DNA of 61,743 nt, counting the filler, from Nemertoderma westbladi (Eukaryota; Animalia; Xenacoelomorpha): assembly GCA_032718475.1 (NCBI GenBank). It is 3 parts of 3 records of this genome, joined end to end, with 100 filler letters (N's around TTAATTAATTAA, not from the genome) between each part and the next. Parts side by side here need not be neighbours in the genome. Positions count along the whole stretch, not along the records: positions 48,424 to 61,743 come from JAUCBJ010005509.1; 2 more parts are not named here. One strand, 5' to 3'. Numbering within the stretch: the first letter of the stretch is position 1; the number at the start of each line of letters is the position of its first letter. The translations under genes were made by a program, and so were the position numbers. This document shows positions 51,911 through 61,743 of this stretch, piece by piece. The notes under the pieces were generated by a model. It was not told the origin of the DNA. It ran no database searches and was given only the letters and a program-made list of their open reading frames with translations.

Positions 51911-53419
51911 ACGCATCCCCTTCTGAGGGATGCGTAAATCAGACCGATTTTCCTATATTTTTGGCACTTTTTCCGCGTCCCCTTCTGAGGGATGCGTAAA
52001 TCAGACCGATTTTGGTATATTTTTGGCACTTTTTCCGCATCCCCTTCTGAGGGATGCGTAAATCAGACCGATTTTGGTATATTTTTGGCACTTTTTCCGC
52101 ATCCCCTTCTGAGGGATGCGTAAATCAGACCGATTTTGGTATATTTTTGGCACTTTTTCCGCATCCCCTTCTGAGGGATGCGTAAATCAGACCGATTTTG
52201 GTATATTTTTGGCACTTTTTCCGCATCCCCTTCTGAGGGATGCGTAAATCAGACCGATTTTGGTATATTTTTGGCACTTTTTCCGCATCCCCTTCTGAGG
52301 GATGCGTAAATCAGACCGATTTTGGTATATTTTTGGCACTTTTTCCGCATCCCCTTCTGAGGGATGCGTAAATCAGACCGATTTTGGTATATTTTTGGCA
52401 CTTTTTCCGCATCCCCTTCTGAGGGATGCGTAAATCAGACCGATTTTGGTATATTTTTGGCACTTTTTCCGCCTCCCCTTCTGAGGGATGCGTAAATCAG
52501 ACCGATTTTGGTATATTTTTGGCACTTTTTCAGCATCCCCTGCTGAGGGATGCGTAAATCAGACCGATTTTGGTATATTTTTGGCACTTTTTCCGCATCC
52601 CCTTCTGAGGGAGGCGTAAATCAGACCGATTTTGGTATATTTTTGGCACTTTTTCCGCATCCCCTTCTGAGGGATGCGTAAATCAGACCGATTTTGGTAT
52701 ATTTTTGGCACTTTTTCCGCATCCCCTTCTGAGGGATGCGTAAATCAGACCGATTTTGGTATATTTTTGGCACTTTTTCCGCATCCCCTTCTGAGGGATG
52801 CGTAAATCAGACCGATTTTGGTATATTTTTGGCACTTTTTCCGCATCCCCTTCTGAGGGATGCGTAAATCAGACCGATTTTGGTATATTTTTGGCACTTT
52901 TTCCGCATCCCCTTCTGAGGGATGCGTAAATCAGACCGATTTTGGTATATTTTTGGCACTTTTTCCGCATCCCCTTCTGAGGGATGCGTAAATCAGACCG
53001 ATTTTGGTATATTTTTGGCACTTTTTCCGCATCCCCTTCTGAGGGATGCGTAAATCAGACCGATTTTGGTATATTTTTGGCACTTTTTCCGCATCCCCTT
53101 CTGAGGGATGCGTAAATCAGACCGATTTTGGTATATTTTTGGCACTTTTTCCGCATCCCCTTCTGATGGATGCGTAAATCAGACCGATTTTGGTATATTT
53201 TTGGCACTTTTTCCGCATCCCCTTCTGAGGGATGCGTAAATCAGACCGATTTTGGTATATTTTTGGCACTTTTTCCGCATCCCCTTCTGAGGGATGCGTA
53301 AATCAGACCGATTTTGGTATATTTTTGGCACTTTTTCCGCATCCCCTTCTGAGGGAGGCGTAAATCAGACCGATTTTGGTATATTTTTGGCACTTTTTCC
53401 GCATCCCCTTCTGAGGGAG
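51911..53419. repeat. 62-bp homogeneous tandem array (~24 units), copy 1
   Basis: Unit GCATCCCCTTCTGAGGGATGCGTAAATCAGACCGATTTTGGTATATTTTTGGCACTTTTTCC. Confidence 0.97.
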
Positions 53420-53496
53420 CTGATTCAAAATAAGTTTCAACTTCATTGAATTTAAAATCCCTGTGTCATGCTAACTCCAAATTGCTCTTACTGCTT

Positions 53497-54368
53497 CTAC
53501 ACTGTGGTTTTACTATGAGCTACAGTGACAATTCTATCTTTGTTCTTTTGTGGTGTTGTTTTTGTTCTTCCAACTTTCACTAGCAATGGAAATAATACTG
53601 TAGACAAATCACAATGCATCTGCTCAACTTCTCTCTGCAAGAAATAGCCATACACTGGTCTTGCAGATTCACCATCCTTGTTCTGCAGGTATAATTGTAT
53701 AATAATAATTGTTTTTGCAGTGGGGTCTTTGAAATAGCATTTCAGAGGTGCTATTTCTGTGCCCCTTTCAATTTCATTTTGATTTCTAATTTGGAAGCAA
53801 AATATAGGACAACCTCGAAATCCAAATTCTGAACAACTCCACAATATAGCTTCTCCCATCTTCTCCCATCTTCTCCCATCTTGCTCTCATCTTCTCCCAT
53901 CTTTGTTTATTTTCGTGTATATCAAACTTACACTGCACTTTCACTCCAGAAACCTTCCCAGTTCTTGTGTGAGCATACCAAGCTACGTAGATTGTTCCTG
54001 TTGTCTTAGACGCAATGAGACAACACCTTGTCAGCTCTTTTGCTAGAGCTAGCCAGTGATTCCTCCCACTTTGCTGTACAAATAATCCCTCATATGGCTG
54101 TATGTTTTCTAATGCACTTCTCATTACTGCCACACCAAGATCTCTAGATATGTAATTCATAGAGTACAGGGATATCTCAACTCTTGTACATCCATATTGC
54201 TGGATCAATGGATGTTCTAAGGATTTCCGAAGAACAGGGTTCCTGCAATCAGCATAGTCTGCCAAATGCCCTCCAAAATTCTCCAATACTTCTCCTGCTT
54301 CAAACTGGCAAACAATTTTGTTGTACAGCTTCACTCTCATTGTATTTCCGCCCCAAGATGTGATGTAT
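53497..54368 (-). pseudogene. Truncated, frameshifted Rep_trans-like ORF, copy 1
   Basis: Near-identical to 59535-60406; contains RVKLYNK and TRVEISLY; 5' part absent. Confidence 0.5.
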
Positions 54369-55110
54369 TTTTGTTTTTTGTGATGATAGAAATAATTTTA
54401 GTAAATTTTTTATAGCATGTGTCAGCATGAAGTCCATGCTCTTCAGTACTATAATTATCAATTGGAATAGACTCACATTGGTCCAAATGTTTATTTTCTG
54501 GTACTGCATTATTGATTCTCAAAGTGCGAGCTTGCAAAATTCGTTGGTATTGATGCTGAGTAATTGGTTTTATAGGTTTTAATATGTTGATGTCTTTATA
54601 GTGTACAATGCAAACTGGTTTGGATGTCATCATTATAAATAATGTATAGAGTATATAGTATACACTTTTCTAAGATTTAGTACATCCATATTCCATAATG
54701 TATTTTATATTCAATATACAGTATAAACTGTTCTAAAAATATCAGCTATTTTTTAACAGTTCCGCAGAGCACTACTTTTTTATAACATAAGTCACTGTTA
54801 GCATGGCAAGATTGTAGAGTTCTAGAACACAAAATATATAATATACACTATTGTAGAACATAAATAATATAAAAAATATAACGTTCTAGAATATATTGCT
54901 TGTTATTTTTCAAATTTAAAATAGCTACTATAAAGATATAGAATTAATATAAAAAAAAATTTTGTTCTAGAACAAAATTTTTATATTAAATTAATAGATA
55001 CTATGTTCTAGAACATTAAAAGTAATAAAAACTAGCTAGTATAACAAATTTGGGGGGGGGGGGGGGGTGTGCACAAAACACACTAGTACCACCATCCACG
55101 GTGGACGGCC
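54369..55110 (-). mobile_element. Possible 5' end of a DNA transposon (Academ-like transposase N-terminus)
   Basis: ORF from 54633 has CIVH...H..QC..IP...H..TCYKKFT, a pattern I associate with N-termini of Academ-type transposases. The AT-rich upstream region has repeated TTCTAGAA. Confidence 0.35.
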
Positions 55111-55606
55111 TTCACATACGATCGCTGCGAATATAAGTATTAAATAGCTAAATTTTTAAGAACATCGGCGGTACATACTGTAAACTACTAACTCTTATAA
55201 AAAAAAACACAGTGGGCTGCTTTAAAACGACTTGATTGTGCCTGCGTGTTTAGTGTATACAGTCAGTCGCCTAGAAACTACACAACGCCAGGTAATACAT
55301 GTACTGTAAGGAAGTGCCGTTCACAGAATAGTTAGTTACCTTAGTAACTGTAGTAAATAATTCCAAATGTCAGAGAGTATACTTTCTCTGAATATTCTCT
55401 GATTATCGTTTCCCCGATAATAATCGGGCTAATTGACTAGGAGGATTTAGTACTCATCCAAAATGAGTTGCATGGGTGAATGCAGAAATAATTAGCGCAA
55501 ATTTTGATACATGTTTGAACGTGTTAAACCAAAGTAGCTACATTTTATGGCAGTTAATGTAAATGTTGGATTCTTAAAAAAAGTGAATGTATTTTGTGGG
55601 GCGAGA

Positions 55607-56652
<1,046 letters not shown>

Positions 56653-57948
56653 CTGCGCGAAGTCCCCACGAACGTGTTCTCATGTAAATTTATCGCATTT
56701 AAAAAATAAAAGTGGCGATATATTTGTATTTAAATTAATCGCCGGTCTTCCCTCTATAAGAAAAATGTTCAATTGAAAAAAATGATTGCATTTATATTCA
56801 ACCAGAGGGCCCAACATAGAGTTAGGTAGGGGTCGGCTAGCTAGCTTGTTTTTGGCCTGTAGTTCTAGAATGCAAATTAGCTATACCGATCACCAACTGT
56901 GTTCTGACGTCTAACATGGTCCTCCATCCAAAAATAATAGTCTCGTTAATTTACCGAAGGTATTGCGCTTAACGCCGCCAGAGCCAGTACTATATAGTAC
57001 TCGTTTCTACTGTATAATACAATTCCAGAATTCCATAGAGTTGATTAGTAAATGCGACACCCGTGTTTTATAAATGTTGGTTGTGTTACTAGCTATTTGC
57101 TAGAGTAGGCTACTCTACATATAAATGCTAGAAACATTGGATGCAATGTAATGTTGTTATTGTACGATAATTAAGTAAAATATTTGTCAAAACACAAAGA
57201 GGAACACCTTAAAATCATGGAAATAAGTACAATGACAAATCTGAATCAAAGTCTACCAAATCTATAAAACACCATTTTTATTCGGTTTGTCAGTCCAAAT
57301 AGTAAGTTAATATTGCCAACATTTTATTTTATAAATAGTAAATTGTGAATGACAGTTATGAGGGTCAATATGTGACAATAACCAAAATTGTCCAATCAGA
57401 TAGAAAGACTTGTGACAGCATGATTTTTCCATTCCAGAATATTAAATTTCGGTTTGCAATTATTAGAAACAAAGAACAGCCACCCGGCATGTCAGGTGCA
57501 AATTAAATAAATAGTAAATAGTAGCCAAATTTCTCACTGGCGGTCATAATGGGAAATTATCGTAATAACCATCACCATGGAAACGGGATTGAAAAAAAAA
57601 ATTAATGTAAAATATTCTGATAGACTTTTATTCCCTTTACTCACCTCCCAAATCACAAGAACATAATCCCTCGTCGTCTTGAATTACAGGCGCGCAAAGT
57701 TTGAATTTTGCACCCGGTTACCTTGGCAACTATGAGATAAAAATTCCAGATACACTTTTTATTACATTTCTATAAACCCTAGTCATTATAGCCACCTAAC
57801 AAAAGTAGCATACAAGAAGATCCTAAGGAAATATTCTGAAACAAGTGCCATAAATAGGGAAAGCATCGGCCAACGCTAATTTCAGAAATCCGCAAATACA
57901 GAAATGACCTGTTATTTAGTACACCTTGGTGTCCATCCATCCATATTT

Positions 57949-59457
57949 ACGCATCCCCTTCTGAGGGATGCGTAAATCAGACCGATTTTCCTATATTTTT
58001 GGCACTTTTTCCGCGTCCCCTTCTGAGGGATGCGTAAATCAGACCGATTTTGGTATATTTTTGGCACTTTTTCCGCATCCCCTTCTGAGGGATGCGTAAA
58101 TCAGACCGATTTTGGTATATTTTTGGCACTTTTTCCGCATCCCCTTCTGAGGGATGCGTAAATCAGACCGATTTTGGTATATTTTTGGCACTTTTTCCGC
58201 ATCCCCTTCTGAGGGATGCGTAAATCAGACCGATTTTGGTATATTTTTGGCACTTTTTCCGCATCCCCTTCTGAGGGATGCGTAAATCAGACCGATTTTG
58301 GTATATTTTTGGCACTTTTTCCGCATCCCCTTCTGAGGGATGCGTAAATCAGACCGATTTTGGTATATTTTTGGCACTTTTTCCGCATCCCCTTCTGAGG
58401 GATGCGTAAATCAGACCGATTTTGGTATATTTTTGGCACTTTTTCCGCATCCCCTTCTGAGGGATGCGTAAATCAGACCGATTTTGGTATATTTTTGGCA
58501 CTTTTTCCGCATCCCCTTCTGAGGGATGCGTAAATCAGACCGATTTTGGTATATTTTTGGCACTTTTTCCGCATCCCCTGCTGAGGGATGCGTAAATCAG
58601 ACCGATTTTGGTATATTTTTGGCACTTTTTCCGCATCCCCTTCTGAGGGAGGCGTAAATCAGACCGATTTTGGTATATTTTTGGCACTTTTTCCGCATCC
58701 CCTTCTGAGGGATGCGTAAATCAGACCGATTTTGGTATATTTTTGGCACTTTTTCCGCATCCCCTTCTGAGGGATGCGTAAATCAGACCGATTTTGGTAT
58801 ATTTTTGGCACTTTTTCCGCATCCCCTTCTGAGGGATGCGTAAATCAGACCGATTTTGGTATATTTTTGGCACTTTTTCCGCATCCCCTTCTGAGGGATG
58901 CGTAAATCAGACCGATTTTGGTATATTTTTGGCACTTTTTCCGCATCCCCTTCTGAGGGATGCGTAAATCAGACCGATTTTGGTATATTTTTGGCACTTT
59001 TTCCGCATCCCCTTCTGAGGGATGCGTAAATCAGACCGATTTTGGTATATTTTTGGCACTTTTTCCGCATCCCCTTCTGAGGGATGCGTAAATCAGACCG
59101 ATTTTGGTATATTTTTGGCACTTTTTCCGCATCCCCTTCTGAGGGATGCGTAAATCAGACCGATTTTGGTATATTTTTGGCACTTTTTCCGCATCCCCTT
59201 CTGAGGGATGCGTAAATCAGACCGATTTTGGTATATTTTTGGCACTTTTTCCGCATCCCCTTCTGAGGGATGCGTAAATCAGACCGATTTTGGTATATTT
59301 TTGGCACTTTTTCCGCATCCCCTTCTGAGGGATGCGTAAATCAGACCGATTTTGGTATATTTTTGGCACTTTTTCCGCATCCCCTTCTGAGGGAGGCGTA
59401 AATCAGACCGATTTTGGTATATTTTTGGCACTTTTTCCGCATCCCCTTCTGAGGGAG
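57949..59457. repeat. 62-bp tandem array (~24 units), copy 2
   Basis: Same unit and length as copy 1, with shared variant units at equivalent positions. Confidence 0.97.
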
Positions 59458-59534
59458 CTGATTCAAAATAAGTTTCAACTTCATTGAATTTAAAATCCCT
59501 GTGTCATGCTAACTCCAAATTGCTCTTACTGCTT

Positions 59535-60600
59535 CTACACTGTGGTTTTACTATGAGCTACAGTGACAATTCTATCTTTGTTCTTTTGTGGTGTTGTTTT
59601 TGTTCTTCCAACTTTCACTAGCAATGGAAATAATACTGTAGACAAATCACAATGCATCTGCTCAACTTCTCTCTGCAAGAAATAGCCATACACTGGTCTT
59701 GCAGATTCACCATCCTTGTTCTGCAGGTATAATTGTATAATAATAATTGTTCTTGCAGTGGGGTCTTTGAAATAGCATTTCAGAGGTGCTATTTCTGTGC
59801 CCCTTTCAATTTCATTTTGATTTCTAATTTGGAAGCAAAATATAGGACAACCTCGAAATCCAAATTCTGAACAACTCCACAATATAGCTTCTCCCATCTT
59901 CTCCCATCTTCTCCCATCTTGCTCTCATCTTCTCCCATCTTTGTCTATTTTCTTGTATATCAAACTTACACTGCACTTTCACTCCAGAAACTTTCCCAGT
60001 TCTTGTGTGAGCATACCAAGCTACGTAGATTGTTCCTGTTGTCTTAGACGCAATGACACAACACCTTGTCAGCTCTTTTGCTAGAGCTAGCCAGTGATTC
60101 CTCCCACTTTGCTGTACAAATAATCCCTCATATGGCTGTATGTTTTCTAATGCACTTCTCATCACTTCCGCAGCAAGATCTCTAGATATGTAATTCATAG
60201 AGTACAAGGATATCTCAACTCTTGTACATCCATATTGCTGGATCAATGGATGTTCTAAGGATTTCCGAAGAACAGGGTTCCTGCAATCAGCATAGTCTGC
60301 CAAATGCCCTCCAAAATTCTCCAATACTTCTCCTGCTTCAAACTGGCAAACAATTTTGTTGTACAGCTTCACTCTCATTGTATTTCCGCCCCAAGATGTG
60401 ATGTATGTCAACACATGATTTCCCACAGATGAAGTGTTTTCCAAAATCGTGGGCTGATCACCCTCCAATTCTGCTTGAAATGTCCCTTCCAACCTCCAAC
60501 CCTTTGTTTCCACTAGAAGTTTGACTATTGCCTTCCTATCAAGTGTTCCAGCAAAGTCCTTTGTGTAGTCAACAGAGTATATTCCCCATCCACTCTGCAC
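59535..60600 (-). pseudogene. Rep_trans-like (rolling-circle initiator-like) ORF, copy 2; 5'-truncated and frameshifted at a 10-bp repeat
   Basis: IYSVDYTKDF ... RVKLYNK ... TRVEISLY. A (TTCTCCCATC)x3 expansion at ~59889-59918 shifts the frame into ORF 59535-59897. Confidence 0.5.
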
Positions 60601-60602
60601 AT

Positions 60603-60648
60603 TTGGCGCTATATAAATAAATATATATTATTATTATTATTATTATTA
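60603..60648 (+). mobile_element. Tiny L2/SINE-type 3' tail
   Basis: TTGGCGCTATATAAATAAA followed by (TTA)n. Confidence 0.45.
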
Positions 60649-61113
60649 ACAGCAGCAGCAAAATAAACACCTCAGCAGACAATTAAAAAATGTTTTAATA
60701 AATGAGTTGTTTGGATTTGTACGATTGCGTTTTCTCCCCCTAGAGTTTGAATGAGAACACCGACACCGACACAGACAATCAACCTTGGTGATGTCTCCTG
60801 TTGTTTCACTACTGATCCCGGTTTCCGGACTATCACTTTCACGCCGATGAATGTCACTTTGTTCCCGCACCCATTGAAATATTACATCATGCCGAGTTCG
60901 AGTCATTTGGGGCCCACAAATTTTATGTAGAAAGCGCTGGAAGTCTTCTTTACCCCCATTGAGGTAATTGAAGCGTTTTAACAGCTGATTCGCGTATTTA
61001 ATTCCCTTTCTTCCCAGCCGCTCTGAGAATGCTTCACCAATCTCGGGAACCTCGTAGGCCATTACGTAGAATCCATCTCTCAGGTTCGTTGGTATTCGTA
61101 TTGTATTTATCAT
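60646..61113 (-). CDS. Barrier-to-autointegration factor (BAF)-like protein with a basic/Cys-rich C-terminal extension
   Basis: EVPEIGEAFSERLGRKGIKYANQLLKRFNYLNGGKEDFQRFLHKICG...VRE aligns without gaps to the BAF core (as recalled) [47 protein letters not shown]...LRE. Confidence 0.7.
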   Translation of the reverse strand: MINTIRIPTNLRDGFYVMAYEVPEIGEAFSERLGRKGIKYANQLLKRFNYLNGGKEDFQRFLHKICGPQMTRTRHDVIFQWVREQSDIHRRESDSPETGISSETTGDITKVDCLCRCRCSHSNSRGRKRNRTNPNNSFIKTFFNCLLRCLFCCCC

Positions 61114-61636
61114 AGCAAACGACGTTGCTTATGAACAATTCTCGGGTTTCTGCTCCCAGGACAACAATGGTTCCATCATCATGTAAAGCGGCACAGTGGC
61201 CAATTTTCATGAACTGAGTCGCATCAGGAAACCGTTCAACGAGGTGTTTGGAGGCCCCATAGGCTCTCCACGACGATGGGAACGCAATCCTGGCGCAAAC
61301 AATGACAGCTGATAAGCGACTATTATACCCGATCTTTAGCTCGGCGATGTCAGTGTCATGATTTACAATGTTCCGCACCCCTGAAAGAGCGGGAAGTATC
61401 CCTTGATTTAGTTCAATTCTTGTTGCACAAACAACCACCGTCTTTACGTTAAGAAGCATCTCCGCAATGGATACAATTCGGACTTTCTTAAACATCACTC
61501 GAGTATGAGGTTTGCGTCGCTTATTACCGTTCAAGATGGTACTCGAACAGTCGCTGTACAAAGTCATCATGATGGTGACAACTTTATGACATTTGTAAAA
61601 GCTTCTGTGGGATGTAACTGGCCCTTCGCCCCGCAA
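61034..61636 (-). CDS. Nucleoside phosphorylase (PNP_UDP_1)-like N-terminal half
   Basis: VVVCATRIEL, ASKHLVERFP...MKIGHCAAL, GTIVV and VVCYD match the order of PNP_UDP/MTA-nucleosidase motifs. The C-terminal ME motif is absent. Confidence 0.45.
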   Translation of the reverse strand: MRGEGPVTSHRSFYKCHKVVTIMMTLYSDCSSTILNGNKRRKPHTRVMFKKVRIVSIAEMLLNVKTVVVCATRIELNQGILPALSGVRNIVNHDTDIAELKIGYNSRLSAVIVCARIAFPSSWRAYGASKHLVERFPDATQFMKIGHCAALHDDGTIVVLGAETRELFISNVVCYDKYNTNTNEPERWILRNGLRGSRDW

Positions 61637-61743
61637 CCCAGTTTTTCCCCCATACGCTAAAATACTCTGAAACCTACTGTAAAGGTTTTTCTGGGATATG
61701 ACTGATTTGTTTTCTTTGCTAACCAGTTCCCCCCTCCAAGGCG

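Overview
This is repeat-dense eukaryotic DNA, probably from an invertebrate animal, in a draft assembly. Three contigs are joined by artificial N44-TTAATTAATTAA-N44 spacers (21707-21806, 48324-48423), so adjacency across those points is not evidence. The only clear host gene is a two-exon ALDH1L (10-formyltetrahydrofolate dehydrogenase) with an apparent mitochondrial leader (32665-36028). The rest is mostly transposon debris and satellites: a Gypsy relic, RTE-like LINEs with exact target-site duplications (TSDs), a tRNA-SINE, an intact-looking Merlin/IS1595-like DNA transposon, piggyBac- and Kolobok-like TTAA ends, an internally deleted BEL/Pao element, Helentron-type (HINE-like) elements and an 8-kb G-rich satellite with higher-order repeats. 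Two candidates stand out. (1) At the right end, a tandemly duplicated unit has a 62-bp double-hairpin array next to an ORF with the motif order of Rep_trans (pT181/MOBT-type) rolling-circle initiators; immediately upstream are intronless BAF-like and nucleoside-phosphorylase-like ORFs. (2) An unrecognised zinc-finger accessory gene ('ORF-X') occurs as two diverged copies with shared upstream motifs, one behind the BEL pol remnant and one between piggyBac-like ends. All family assignments are by-eye motif recognition; no database searches were run.
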